Positions 37,790 through 49,081 of a stretch of DNA of 64,000 nucleotides are shown here, piece by piece. The position numbers were made by a program, and so were the translations under genes. Origin of the DNA: Spirochaetia bacterium (GTDB taxonomy: Bacteria; Spirochaetota; Spirochaetia; CAKZLE01). The notes beneath the pieces were generated by a model, which searched no databases, was not told the origin of the DNA, and saw only the letters and a list, made by a program, of their open reading frames with translations. How positions within the stretch are numbered: position 1 is the stretch's first letter; every line of letters starts with the position of its first letter. The stretch is taken from NCBI GenBank assembly GCA_963677595.1, contig OY782041.1, positions 3,168,001 to 3,232,000 of the forward strand, in the 5' to 3' direction.

Positions 37790-38809
37790 GTGAAAAGATT
37801 ACTGCTTCTGGCAATTACGGGCCTGGTGCTGGTATTGGGTATCGGCTGTGATGCCCCACCAACCATGCAGACCGGTTCTGTAGAGATCATGCTTCAGCAG
37901 GCACGATTCGTCCAGAGTGATCTCGACAAGGAGATCTACTCCTATGAAGTCTCCATGACACACGACCTCTCTGGTGAGACACTAGGGCCTGAGACAGTCT
38001 ATGCCGCCTCCTATGCGCCGGTGAAGTTCGAGGGGATAGAGACCGGGGAATGGACTGTCTCAGTCGATGCGAAGAATGAAGCGGGGATCTTGGTCGCTTC
38101 AGGATCAAGCCCTGCAGTCGTGAACACCAACAGGACGACCAACGTCAATATTCAGCTTGCATACCTCGAAGGGAATGGGACCCTTGCGTTCAGCATGGCG
38201 TGGGATCGGGAACTCGCTTCCCCGACCGCCGATATTCAGATCGTGAAGCTCGTAAGTACCGATACTCCTGAGAGTATCCCCCTTACCATCTCAGAAGATA
38301 ATACTGCGTCCCTCCCAGGCAAAGTGCTGGCAAACGGGCAGTATATGATCACCGCGACTCTGAGTGAGCCTGATGTCTTCACCACCGCGAAGGTCGAGGC
38401 TTTTGAGATCATGAAGGATGCCACAACTGCGGTCCATTTCGATTTCACCGTCCCGTCCGGCGGCTCCGGCATCACCATCACCGACCCGGAAGACCAGGTC
38501 ATCACGCTGACCCTCTCAGGGTACATATACAAAGGCGACGATGTTCTAGAAATTACAGATGACCTGATCATGGAAGACCTTCCGGTCACCATAACAGCCG
38601 ACAGTGATGAGAGTATCACGACCTATTTGTGGTACTTGAACGGGGTACTCCTCGAAGCGGAGACCGCAAATTCTCTATTACTCGGTGAATTTGTCCTTGC
38701 CCCCGGCGACTGGTCAGTGACCTGTATCGGGATCTCAGAAGCAGGGATCGGGTCTGATACTATCGAATTCTCTTTATCAGAAAGTGATTATATTGGAGGA
38801 AGTCTATGA
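37790..38809 (+). CDS. 339-aa lipoprotein made only of the shared three-domain beta-sandwich module
   Basis: GTG start with SD GGGAGG; lipobox GIGC; GEWTVSVDAKNEAG, GQYMITATL and WYLNG..GDWSVTC parallel the last three domains of the giant protein. Confidence 0.8.
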   Translation: MKRLLLLAITGLVLVLGIGCDAPPTMQTGSVEIMLQQARFVQSDLDKEIYSYEVSMTHDLSGETLGPETVYAASYAPVKFEGIETGEWTVSVDAKNEAGILVASGSSPAVVNTNRTTNVNIQLAYLEGNGTLAFSMAWDRELASPTADIQIVKLVSTDTPESIPLTISEDNTASLPGKVLANGQYMITATLSEPDVFTTAKVEAFEIMKDATTAVHFDFTVPSGGSGITITDPEDQVITLTLSGYIYKGDDVLEITDDLIMEDLPVTITADSDESITTYLWYLNGVLLEAETANSLLLGEFVLAPGDWSVTCIGISEAGIGSDTIEFSLSESDYIGGSL

Positions 38810-41800
38810 GTAGGAAGTCTGTACGAACGAAGAAGATAGCCTTGGTTCTCACCCTCATCGTGTTCACCCTGTTCACATTCCTGGCCGGCTGCGACCTGGG
38901 TCTTGGCAATGACCAGGAGACCGGGGCCTTAAGTATCGGGCTTGCCAGCCCGAGGTCGTTCGATTCCGGCCTGGATACCGAGATAACCCATTATGCTATC
39001 ACCCTGACCCATACGGCTTCAGGGACAGTGATAGCTCCTGACCCATTCCAGAAAGGGGATCCCATCTACTTCCCTGACCTGATCATCGGGGAGTGGACCA
39101 TTGCTGTGGATGCCCTCAATGCAGCCGGGACGATCGTGGCGAACGGCAGTGCCGTGACGACAGTGGCACCGAAGAGCGTGAGCAATGTGGATATCTACCT
39201 ATCCTGGCTCGATGGTTCAGGTACCCTTGACCTTACGATGAGCTGGACAGAAGGTGCCTTCGTCGGTGATATGTTCCCAACAGCCTACCTGGTACCGCTG
39301 GATGGCAGCCCGCAGTTCGATCTGACATTGACTCCAGGTGCCTCCAGTGCTACCTGGAACCAGACTCTCGATGTCGGCCTGTACAAGCTCTTCGTAAACC
39401 TGCAGGACTCCGGGGAATACTCCAATGGACGGGTCACGATCATTAACATCATGAGCGGGGCAACAACCACGGCAGCCTTCGAGTTCGTTGGGTACAGCGG
39501 TGATTCGGGTGTGACGATCATAGACCCGGAAGATCCGCTCTTCGATATGGAATTAACGGCCACCAACACCATGGTACCGATCAACCAGGAGGTCACCATC
39601 ACCGCAAGTGTGGAAGATGCTGATTACTACGAATGGTACAATGGAACGACACAGCTCGAGGACTCATCTTCATACAGTGTCGTGCTGACTACACAAACTC
39701 CTCAGGTTGTGAATATATCGTGTATAGCCTACAAGGATTCATCCGTGGGACAGGCTGAGATTGAGATCACCTTCGGGGAATACGACCCTGAGACCTCGAT
39801 GGACAAGTACCTCTCTGCAAAGGCTATCCTTGACCAGGCGATGATGAATCCACAGGAGACACTGATCCTCGACCAGGTCTACAGCCTGCTCAACAGTGCG
39901 GTAGCCCTGAACCCGGATAACTCAGATGCCGTACTGGCACTGTCGATCCTCGACCTCTGCGGCTTCCTCATTGATGATGACATCGAGGTCGTGATGCAGG
40001 ATATGCTGGGTCTCGAACAATATCCTGAGACCTATGCTGACCTGTATGCGAATTTAGCCCAGTTTGGCTTGGGCATGGTCCCATACAATGTGAACACAAC
40101 AGGATTCAATAATATCCTGTATGATTACAGTTCGGAGGATAGATTTTATGTTATTCTGCCGTATCTGGCAGGCTGGAATCCCTCTACTGATGGATACAGT
40201 CCAGAGAGTTACCTGCTGCAGATGCTGGCCAACCTGACGGCTAGCGGCTATGACGCCGATGATGTGGTTGACGGCATTCTGGATGCCCTGGGCGACTCCC
40301 TAGACAGCGTGACTGGGAACCTTGCAGGGTTAAGTGATGGGACACGATTCGCGATCTCGCAGAATACAGTCCTTGGTGATATGCTGCCAGGCACAGCATA
40401 CTATACCAGCGCTGAGACCAAGGCTATAGCGGCAATTCTCTACCAGCTGCAGAGCTACGCATACTTGGCAAAGGCTGTTGATATGGGATTTGACTTCAAC
40501 AACCTGCTTGATTCCATGACCTATGATGTCTCCACCGGAGAGTACGGATTGACTGATGATTTCTCGCCGTTCGCTAACGGGTTCCTGGGGATCGACAATG
40601 AGGATGCAGCTGAGGCAGTGGCAGATGCGAAAGCCTCGTTCCTGAAATCACTCAGCTTGATGCATGAATCAATGACAGCGATCGCTGCCCGGGAAGCAGA
40701 GGGGACTGAAGATGCCCTGTTTATTTCTCCGGATAATCCATGGTACACAAACTCATGGGCTGATATCTCGGATTACCTGCTCTTTGCGGACCATATCGTA
40801 GGAGAGATCGAGAATTCAGTAATCAATGATGTACAGGCGATCATACCGTTGGATTGGATCGAGGATTGTACAGTGATCAATGACTATGTCGCTGCCGAGT
40901 TTGCCAATTGGCCGACCGAGGTCTCAATGATTCTGGAGGACTATGATGACTACTGGCATACATTGCCGGATGGCTGTGCATCATTAGGTCTTAACTTCAG
41001 CAGGCTCTTCGACCCAACCACGTCACTGCTCAGTATCCTGCTTGAACTCGATACCTCTGGTGATATCCAGCTCTATACCTTCGATGAGAGCGGCTACCCG
41101 GAAGCAGCAATTCCGGGTGTGGATGCATTCGACCCCTATGAATTCTATTACATGAGGATACCAGACGTCACGCTCAATGGTTTCCTGTCGCTTGAAGATC
41201 TCCCCATGTCCATAGAGGAGCTGAACCTGGTGATGGAGTATAATTCTCTGGATACCGAGGAGACTCCTGCGATCATGTTTGATAATGGAGATGGGACCAT
41301 CTCCTGGTATTGGTCGATGAATGCGGTGAGTAATGGCTTGGCTGCAAGTTACAGTATGTATGGCCCATACCAGTACCCATTTGCCTATCATATCCTGACT
41401 GATGCAGGTGTTTATACTGCAGATGTCCCGGTAAGGATGTCCTATGGACTTGTTGAGGATCTTGAGTCTTTCAACTACAAGGATGTCTACTTTGACAATA
41501 CGATGGACCTCACAAGTACCGGTTCCTTCTGGAGTACATTACCGGAGTTCGCACACTGGATAAATTATGCTCCAGCGGACCAGTACAATGATATGGCTAT
41601 GTATGAGATGACAGCTGAGAACCCGTTCCAGCTCCCAATGGACTCTGCATTCAGTATTGATCAATGGGATACTGTGTATCCGATGAGTAGTGCTATCTAC
41701 TTCGAGTATACTGCTGACAGGGATGGTGTAGTATCTGTCCGGTTTGATTCATCTAGTCCCCTTCAATTGTGGCTGAATGATGTAACAGTAACTGACCTTA

Positions 41801-42246
41801 CGAATATCAGCGTCAGCGCTGGCGAAACAATATTGGGTTGTTTCACATCAGCCGGCGACTATAATTGGGTAACTTGCATCTATGATGATAGTCTCGGTGA
41901 TATCAGCAGCATGGGAAGCGCCTATCCGCTGGCTGAGAATACGACAGTACAGGGGCGTATATATTATCAATTGCCAGATGACTTCTTCGAGATCGATCCT
42001 GCAACTGATAGAGTACGAATCCAACTGGATTCCCCTGATGTCCCTTCATCGATACAGATTCCTGGCTTGTATAGCCTGTATCACAATTTCTATGCATTGG
42101 ATCAGATTGGGAGTCAGTTGTATTACTCATCTCATGGTGATGCTATCGAGTTTGGTGTTACCGGTATAACCTATCTGGTTCTTGGAAGTTTTACAGGTCT
42201 TGACTATACCATCAGCTGGGAGGATATCGGGAGTCCTCTCCTCTAG
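38806..42246 (+). CDS. Large lipoprotein, paralog 1 (1146 aa)
   Basis: Lipobox LAGC; three-domain N-terminal module, TPR-like helix (LLNSAVALNPDNSDA), helical core and beta-rich C-terminus; paralogous to the next three genes. Confidence 0.85.
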   Translation: MSRKSVRTKKIALVLTLIVFTLFTFLAGCDLGLGNDQETGALSIGLASPRSFDSGLDTEITHYAITLTHTASGTVIAPDPFQKGDPIYFPDLIIGEWTIAVDALNAAGTIVANGSAVTTVAPKSVSNVDIYLSWLDGSGTLDLTMSWTEGAFVGDMFPTAYLVPLDGSPQFDLTLTPGASSATWNQTLDVGLYKLFVNLQDSGEYSNGRVTIINIMSGATTTAAFEFVGYSGDSGVTIIDPEDPLFDMELTATNTMVPINQEVTITASVEDADYYEWYNGTTQLEDSSSYSVVLTTQTPQVVNISCIAYKDSSVGQAEIEITFGEYDPETSMDKYLSAKAILDQAMMNPQETLILDQVYSLLNSAVALNPDNSDAVLALSILDLCGFLIDDDIEVVMQDMLGLEQYPETYADLYANLAQFGLGMVPYNVNTTGFNNILYDYSSEDRFYVILPYLAGWNPSTDGYSPESYLLQMLANLTASGYDADDVVDGILDALGDSLDSVTGNLAGLSDGTRFAISQNTVLGDMLPGTAYYTSAETKAIAAILYQLQSYAYLAKAVDMGFDFNNLLDSMTYDVSTGEYGLTDDFSPFANGFLGIDNEDAAEAVADAKASFLKSLSLMHESMTAIAAREAEGTEDALFISPDNPWYTNSWADISDYLLFADHIVGEIENSVINDVQAIIPLDWIEDCTVINDYVAAEFANWPTEVSMILEDYDDYWHTLPDGCASLGLNFSRLFDPTTSLLSILLELDTSGDIQLYTFDESGYPEAAIPGVDAFDPYEFYYMRIPDVTLNGFLSLEDLPMSIEELNLVMEYNSLDTEETPAIMFDNGDGTISWYWSMNAVSNGLAASYSMYGPYQYPFAYHILTDAGVYTADVPVRMSYGLVEDLESFNYKDVYFDNTMDLTSTGSFWSTLPEFAHWINYAPADQYNDMAMYEMTAENPFQLPMDSAFSIDQWDTVYPMSSAIYFEYTADRDGVVSVRFDSSSPLQLWLNDVTVTDLTNISVSAGETILGCFTSAGDYNWVTCIYDDSLGDISSMGSAYPLAENTTVQGRIYYQLPDDFFEIDPATDRVRIQLDSPDVPSSIQIPGLYSLYHNFYALDQIGSQLYYSSHGDAIEFGVTGITYLVLGSFTGLDYTISWEDIGSPLL

Positions 42247-42265
42247 TTAGTCTCGTTATCTCGAT

Positions 42266-42685
42266 TAAGCCGGGTACTCATGTACCCGGCTTTACCCGTT
42301 CAATATGTAAAAGAAAGTAAGGAAGTGAAGTATGAAGCGGTCAGTACTCATCGTTGTAAGTATCCTGGTATTGGTCCTAAGCATCGGTTGTGACCTTGGT
42401 CTTAACAACAACCAGGAGGAGACCGGGGCTTTGAGCATCGGGCTTGCAAGCCCGAGATCGGTCGATTCCGACCTGGATCGGGAGATCGCTTCATATGACA
42501 TCACCCTGACCCATACAGTGTCAGGTACAGTGGTAGCCCCTGACCCATTCCAGAAAGGGGATCCGATCTACTTCCCTGACTTGATTATCGGTGAGTGGTC
42601 TATTGATGTGAATGCCCTCAATGCTTCTGGGACGATCGTGGCGGATGGCAGTGCCAAGACGAACATCGTACCGAAGAGTGAGAGC
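42266..42685 (+). repeat. ~420 bp near-identical direct repeat (with 52278-52697): hairpin, RBS and first ~118 codons
   Basis: Aligns without gaps at a constant offset of 10012 bp from the hairpin to ...ACCGAAGAG(T/C)GAGAGC. Confidence 0.88.
42267..42293 (+). terminator. Repeated intergenic hairpin (copy 1)
   Basis: AAGCCGGGTAC-TCAT-GTACCCGGCTTT. Confidence 0.7.
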
Positions 42686-45600
42686 TCTGTTGATATCTAC
42701 CTCTCCTGGTTGGACGGTTCAGGTACCCTGGACCTGACGATGAGCTGGACCGAGGGAGCTTTCGTAGGTGCTATGACCGCGACAGCCTATGTGGTGCCGC
42801 TCGGCACTACAGAAGAGCAGCCGTTGGCTCTTAATGTTGGGGAAGGGAGTGCAGCCTGCAACCAGAGCCTGCCAACGGGACTGTACAAGCTGTTCGTGAC
42901 CCTTCAGGACTCTGGTGAATATTACAGCGGCCGGGTCGATGTCATAAACATCATGAAGGATGCGACGACCACGGCAGTCTATGAGTTCGAAGGGTTTACT
43001 GGTGAGGTAGGAGTCACGATCATCGACCCGGCTGATATGATCTTCCCGATGAGCTTATCAGCAGAGAGTACCAATATTCTGATAGGTCAGCCGGTCACCA
43101 TCACCGCTAGTATGGAGGATGCTGATTCCTATGAGTGGTATAACGGTGATGTACTGCTCACTGATTCAAGCGACTGCTGGATCACCTTGACCTCAGATAC
43201 TCCTAAAGTTGTCACGATATCCTGTATAGCAGTGAAGGGGGAGAGGGCCGCTTCTGCAGATGTCGAGATCACCTTCGGGCAGTTCGACCCTGCAGTCTCG
43301 ATGGAGAAGTACCTGGCAGCGAAGGCTATCCTGGACCAGGCGATGACGAATCCCCAGGAGACGCTGATCCTCGATGAAGTCTACAGCCTGCTCAACAGTG
43401 CTGTGGCACTTGACCCGGACAACTCAGATGCGGTACTTGCCCTGTCGATCCTGGACCTCTGCGGATTCCTCATCGATGATGACATCGAGGCTGTTATGCA
43501 GGATATGCTGGGGCTGGAGACTTATCCGGATACCTATGCTGACCTGTATGCGAACATTTTCCAGTTTGCGATGGATATATTGTTCCCTTCTGATGCACCT
43601 GTGAATATGACAGGGTTTGAAAATATCCTGTATGACTACAGTACGGAGGATAGATTTAATGCCTATCTGCCATATTTGGCTGGTTGGGATCCTGTAACAG
43701 ATGGATTCGGTCCAGATAGTTACTTTCTGCAGATGCTCGACAATCTGACAACCAGGGGCTACGATGCGGATGACGTGGTAGACGGCATCCTGGATGCCCT
43801 GGGAGACTCCCTGGACAAGGTGACTGGGAACCTTACAGGCTTGAGTGAGGGGACTCGGTTCGAGATCTCACAGGATACAGTTTTTGTATTATCTGTTTCA
43901 GTGCCTATTTATTACACCAGCGCAGAGACGAAAGCCATAGCGGCATTGCTCTACCAGCTGCAGAGCTACGCATACCTGGCTAAGGCCGTAGAGCTGGGAT
44001 TCGACTTCAACAGCCTGCTTGATTCACTTACCTTCGATATGTATGGGAACCCGATACTACCGAAAGATTATTCCCCGTTCGCTAACGGCTTCCTTGGTAT
44101 CGACAACGAAAATGCAGCTGAGGCAGTGGCAGATGCGAAAGCTTCGTTCCTGAAATCACTCAGCTTGATGCATGAATCAATGACAGCGATTGCTGCCCGG
44201 GAAGCAGAGGGGACTGAAGATGCCCTGTTTATTTCTCCGGATAATCCATGGTACACAAACTCATGGGCTGATATCTCGGATTACCTGCTCTTTGCGGACC
44301 ATATCGTAGGAGAGATCGAGAATTCAGTAATCAATGATGTACAGGCGATCATACCGTTGGATTGGATCGAGGATTGCACAGTGATCAATGACTATGTCGC
44401 TGCCGATTTTGCCAATTGGCCTACTGAAAGTACAGTCAGTAGTGATTTCTATGATCCGTACCGATTGGACATGAATGGTAATTTTGATGCTGATATAGCC
44501 TTGAACTTCAACAGGCTCTTCGATCCTGCGACTGCATTGTTCGACCTGCTGCTGGAGCTTGATGCTACCGGCGATGTGAGGCTTTACCACCTTGACAGTA
44601 TCGGGTACCCGATCCCGGAGGATGGCGGTTATGATGGGAGCAGGGCATACTACTGCCGTGTCCCGGATATCACGTTCAACGGCCTGATCCCCATCGAGAA
44701 CCTGCCGGCCACAGTCGAACAGTACAATGTGGGGATGGCTATGACCGTGGGTACCTTTGAAGAGAGTATGTTCACATTGCATGAATGGGGCGATGGTACC
44801 GTATCTCTCTATGTATCGATGAACTATCTTAGTTTCGCCATGATGAAGCAAAACTTCTACTATAACTACCAATACGGTAATGACAATGTACCTGTGCAGT
44901 ATCCCCTGGCGTATCATATCCTCACACCCGCAGGGGAGACGCATACGATCGATGTCTGGATGTCCTATGGGTTAGCCAGGGACCTTTCCAAGACTGAGTT
45001 CCAATACCTTTTCCGGGACAACACGATGACATTAGAAAGTGCCGGCACTTTCTGGTCCAGCATCCCTGAACTGTATGAATGGATGTCCCTAGATGCAGGG
45101 TCACAGTATGATGACATGAGCATGTATAAGATGTCGGCAGTGAACCCATTCGTACTGCCGCTCGACACCACATTCAGCATTCCATCTGATCACCAGCTGT
45201 ATCCAACCAGTGGGATGCTGTATCTTAGCTATCCCATTGAGGAGGCCGGTTATATCTCAATAGAAGCTGGTAGTGCAACTGCTACAACCATCTTTTTGAA
45301 TGGGTCCGAGATCGGGAATGGATCTGCCTATACCCAAGTCGTTGTCGGTGATGAGCTGGTCGTAGCTCACGATACATCGTATAGTAATTACTGCTACATA
45401 ACCTGCTGTAAGGATGACGCCCAAGGTTTGATCGATACATTTGAGACGGCACCGACACTTCAGGCTCCACCAGCTGGATCGTCTCCTGTCGCCCATGGAA
45501 GAACCGGCTGGGCCCTTCCCCCTGATCTGTACAAGCTGACAGCATATGGGAGTGCTCTTTCAATAACCATGGATCTGCCAAGTGATCCTGATCCCTCGAT

Positions 45601-45805
45601 TAACTTCCAGGAATATCTTCTACCAAACCGCTCATATCGTTTGCTGGACAGCAGCGGTAACAATCTAGGTTGGGATCTTGAGAATTACGAGGTTGTTCCT
45701 GATGCAACCTACTATATCGAAGTAGTGTCGGCAGATGGATTGGATTATGAGATATCCTGGCTTGATGCCGGGTTCGGGGGGTATCCTCCAGGCTACGAAT
45801 TCTGA
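42332..45805 (+). CDS. Large lipoprotein, paralog 2 (1157 aa)
   Basis: Lipobox SIGC; same architecture as paralog 1 with a divergent C-terminal third. Confidence 0.85.
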   Translation: MKRSVLIVVSILVLVLSIGCDLGLNNNQEETGALSIGLASPRSVDSDLDREIASYDITLTHTVSGTVVAPDPFQKGDPIYFPDLIIGEWSIDVNALNASGTIVADGSAKTNIVPKSESSVDIYLSWLDGSGTLDLTMSWTEGAFVGAMTATAYVVPLGTTEEQPLALNVGEGSAACNQSLPTGLYKLFVTLQDSGEYYSGRVDVINIMKDATTTAVYEFEGFTGEVGVTIIDPADMIFPMSLSAESTNILIGQPVTITASMEDADSYEWYNGDVLLTDSSDCWITLTSDTPKVVTISCIAVKGERAASADVEITFGQFDPAVSMEKYLAAKAILDQAMTNPQETLILDEVYSLLNSAVALDPDNSDAVLALSILDLCGFLIDDDIEAVMQDMLGLETYPDTYADLYANIFQFAMDILFPSDAPVNMTGFENILYDYSTEDRFNAYLPYLAGWDPVTDGFGPDSYFLQMLDNLTTRGYDADDVVDGILDALGDSLDKVTGNLTGLSEGTRFEISQDTVFVLSVSVPIYYTSAETKAIAALLYQLQSYAYLAKAVELGFDFNSLLDSLTFDMYGNPILPKDYSPFANGFLGIDNENAAEAVADAKASFLKSLSLMHESMTAIAAREAEGTEDALFISPDNPWYTNSWADISDYLLFADHIVGEIENSVINDVQAIIPLDWIEDCTVINDYVAADFANWPTESTVSSDFYDPYRLDMNGNFDADIALNFNRLFDPATALFDLLLELDATGDVRLYHLDSIGYPIPEDGGYDGSRAYYCRVPDITFNGLIPIENLPATVEQYNVGMAMTVGTFEESMFTLHEWGDGTVSLYVSMNYLSFAMMKQNFYYNYQYGNDNVPVQYPLAYHILTPAGETHTIDVWMSYGLARDLSKTEFQYLFRDNTMTLESAGTFWSSIPELYEWMSLDAGSQYDDMSMYKMSAVNPFVLPLDTTFSIPSDHQLYPTSGMLYLSYPIEEAGYISIEAGSATATTIFLNGSEIGNGSAYTQVVVGDELVVAHDTSYSNYCYITCCKDDAQGLIDTFETAPTLQAPPAGSSPVAHGRTGWALPPDLYKLTAYGSALSITMDLPSDPDPSINFQEYLLPNRSYRLLDSSGNNLGWDLENYEVVPDATYYIEVVSADGLDYEISWLDAGFGGYPPGYEF

Positions 45806-47488
45806 GGCAGTACTCATAGATATGTATGGGGGTGATGTTATAGTGCGTTACCCGCGGTTGGGATCCTGGATACACACGTGCCCGGCTTCACGACCTGATT
45901 TCACATAAAGTAAAGGGGAAGAAGTATGAAGCGGTCAGCAATGATCGTTGTAAGTATCCTGGTATTGGTCCTCAGCCTGGGCTGTGACCTTGGCCTGAAT
46001 AACAACCAGGAGGAGACCGGGGCCTTGAGCATCGGGCTTGCCAGCCCGAGGTCGGTCGATTCCGACCTTGACCGGGAGATCGCTTCCTATGAGGTTAGCC
46101 TGAAACATACGATATCAGGAACGATTATAACCCCTGAGCCGTTCCTGAAAGGGGATCCCATCTATTTCCCTGACCTGATCATCGGGGAGTGGACCATCGA
46201 TGTGAATGCCCTCAACGCTTCCGGGACGATCGTGGCGGACGGCAGTGCCAAGACGAACATCGCACCGAAGAGTGAGAGCTCTGTTGATATCTACCTATCC
46301 TGGCTTGATGGGTCAGGTACCCTGGACCTGACGATGAGCTGGACCGAGGGAGCCTTCGTAGGTGCTATGACCACGACAGCCTATGTCGTGCCGCTCGGCA
46401 CTACGGACCAGCTGTCATTGGCCCTAAATGCAGGGGAAGGGAGTGCAACCTGCAACCAGAGCCTGCCAACGGGACTGTACAAGCTGTTCGTCAGTCTGGA
46501 GGACTCCGGAGAATACTCTAATGGCCATGTGGCTATCATAAACATCATGAAGGATGCGGCGACCACGGTGGCCTATGAGTTCGTGGGATACACCGGGGAC
46601 ATGGGAATCACGATCATAGACCCGGAAGACCCGGTGTTTGAGCTGAGTCTCTCAGCAGACAGCTCTGTGGTAGCATTAGGCGGGTCAGCATACCTTCAAG
46701 CAAGCGTAACGGATGCTGACCGGTATGAATGGTATGTCGAGAACCAGTTACTGGACGAAGCTTCTGAGAACTGGCTGTCCGTTTCGACCGATACTCCCTG
46801 GGTGATGACTGTTACCTGTATTGCCTATAAAGGAGATTCAGCAGCAGCAGCGAGCATGGAGATTGTCTTCGGGGAGTTTGACCCTGCAGTCTCGATGGAC
46901 AAGTACCTTGCCGCAAAAGCTATCCTGGACCAGGCGATCATGAACCCTCCGGAGACCCTGGACCTTGATGCAGTCTACAGCTTGCTCAACAGTGCGGTAG
47001 CCCTGGACCCGAACAACTCTGATGCGGTACTTGCACTCTCGGTCCTCGATCTCTGCGGCTTTCTCATCGATGATGATATCGCTGCCGTGATGCAGGATAT
47101 GATTGGATGGGAAAGATACCCTGAGACCTTTGCAGACCTGTATGCGAACATCTTCCAGATAGCGATGAGAGGGATGCTGCCCTATTACTCGCCGGTGAAT
47201 ACGACTGATTTCTCGAATATCCTGTATGACTATGATTCAGATGAAGACCAGTATGAGTATATACCATTTCTTGCTGGCTTGAGCTCATCCATATACGGTG
47301 TTAGTCAAGAAACATACATTAACCTATAGTTCCCACTCCATTTTCGTACCACACAAGATGGAGGCCCCCGATATGTGATGCTGGAACCCAATTTCGGTTC
47401 AGTATCCCTTATCTCCTTTTAAATGGCTTGTTCTCACTGAAATACCCACTATAAATCTGATAAATCAGACACAATGCTGACCATCTTC

Positions 47489-47517
47489 TTGTCACAGGAG
47501 GAGGAATGTGGTACTAT
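47489..47517 (+). promoter_or_regulatory. Transposase promoter
   Basis: TTGTCA(47489)-17 bp-TACTAT(47512) with extended -10 TG; overlapped by TGTGGTAC IR-core repeats. Confidence 0.55.
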
Positions 47518-47554
47518 TGTGGTACGAATACAGAAGTACCACAAGGAGTATGCA

Positions 47555-49081
47555 GTGGCACACTACATCAGATACCAGAACAAGGCAGATAAGACCTATG
47601 CGCAGATTATTGATGCGGTCAGGGTGGACGGCAAGAAGGAAAACCACTATATCGCCAGCCTCGGTACGGTAATCGATAAAGAGCAAGGGGTCTTCAGATC
47701 AAAAGAGCGAGGGATCTACACCTATACCCTGGAGGACGGATACGGTGAAGCTCCTCGAGAGATTGAGATGCTCCATGAAGGCATGAAGCGGGAGCGGCTT
47801 ATCCTTGATTTCGGTGACAGTTATATGCTGGATCACTATCTGAGGAATTCCAGTCCGTTCTTTGATCTGTTCTCTGCTATCCTGCCACAACAGCGTGACA
47901 GTCTGTTTGCGCTTCTGTTCTTCAGGCTCCTCACTGATAAAAAGGCCTATATGTATGCACAGTCCTGGCATGAAGGGAATTATGCAAGCATTCTCTATCC
48001 AAACGCACGACTCCAGAGTCAGCGGATCAGTGATTTCCTCACCGCACTTGGTGATGAAGAGGTGGGCCGGGGCTTTTTCTCTTCCTATCTGAACCAGCTG
48101 TATCCGGATCATACCGGCACGGGGATTCTCATTGACAGTACCGGGCTGCATAATGCGGTGGATATGCCGTTGACCGCACTGAGCAACCATAATGGAGACA
48201 TCAACTTTGAGACACGGTTGATCTATGTGATTGACCGGTTCAACGGCATGCCGCTGTACCTGCGCTATTGCCCCGGGAATGTAGTCGATGTAACCACATT
48301 GTGCACCACGGTAGAGGAGTTACGGCAGTTAGGAGTACGGACAGACTTTGCGATCGTAGATGCCGGATACTATAGTGAAGATAACGTTGATGCGCTTTAT
48401 GCAGCTGATATAGCTTTTGTCTCCCGAGTGGGCCCCAACAGGAAGCTGTGCAAGACGCTTATCGAAACGCATGCCCCAAGTATCCGACAGGCACAGTATA
48501 TGGTGCCGTTTGGTAATCGAATCGTGTATATGAGGCGATTCTCCGTTGATTTGCATGGACATCCCGGCTATGCCTATTTGGGCGTTGACATGGACAGTCG
48601 CAATTTGCAGGAGAAGAAGGTGTCCCTGCAGGCGCTCAATGACAGGCTCCCATTTGATGAGATAGACAAGAAGATGGGGAAGTTAGGCTCCTTTGTCCTC
48701 GTATCCTCTCAGAAGATGGAGTGCCAGGATATGCTGCCCCTGTATTATACGAGAACACAGGTGGAGCAGGTATTTGATATCGCCAAGAATAATGCTGATG
48801 TGGTTCCGCTCAGGATTCATGGAGAACAGACCCTTCGAGGTCATCTGCTGCTCACATTTCTCGCAACGGTACTGTTTCAGCAACTTCAGAAAGACCTGGT
48901 ACTGCATACGCAGAAAAAGGACAAACTGAACCCTGAAGGCAGTTTCTTCGTACTGAGAAACCAGAAGTGTAAAGTATATGATCGACTGGTGATTCCACAA
49001 GAACCGACAAAGAAGATGAATGACATCTATAGACTTCTAAAGGTTCCTACCCCAACTTCCATCCCCTATACGCGGTTGTAA
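47555..49081 (+). CDS. IS1634-family DDE transposase
   Basis: ILIDST, IVDAGYYS, VEQVFDIAK and PLRIHGEQTLRGHLLLTFLA; GTG start after SD AAGGAG. Confidence 0.9.
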   Translation: MAHYIRYQNKADKTYAQIIDAVRVDGKKENHYIASLGTVIDKEQGVFRSKERGIYTYTLEDGYGEAPREIEMLHEGMKRERLILDFGDSYMLDHYLRNSSPFFDLFSAILPQQRDSLFALLFFRLLTDKKAYMYAQSWHEGNYASILYPNARLQSQRISDFLTALGDEEVGRGFFSSYLNQLYPDHTGTGILIDSTGLHNAVDMPLTALSNHNGDINFETRLIYVIDRFNGMPLYLRYCPGNVVDVTTLCTTVEELRQLGVRTDFAIVDAGYYSEDNVDALYAADIAFVSRVGPNRKLCKTLIETHAPSIRQAQYMVPFGNRIVYMRRFSVDLHGHPGYAYLGVDMDSRNLQEKKVSLQALNDRLPFDEIDKKMGKLGSFVLVSSQKMECQDMLPLYYTRTQVEQVFDIAKNNADVVPLRIHGEQTLRGHLLLTFLATVLFQQLQKDLVLHTQKKDKLNPEGSFFVLRNQKCKVYDRLVIPQEPTKKMNDIYRLLKVPTPTSIPYTRL

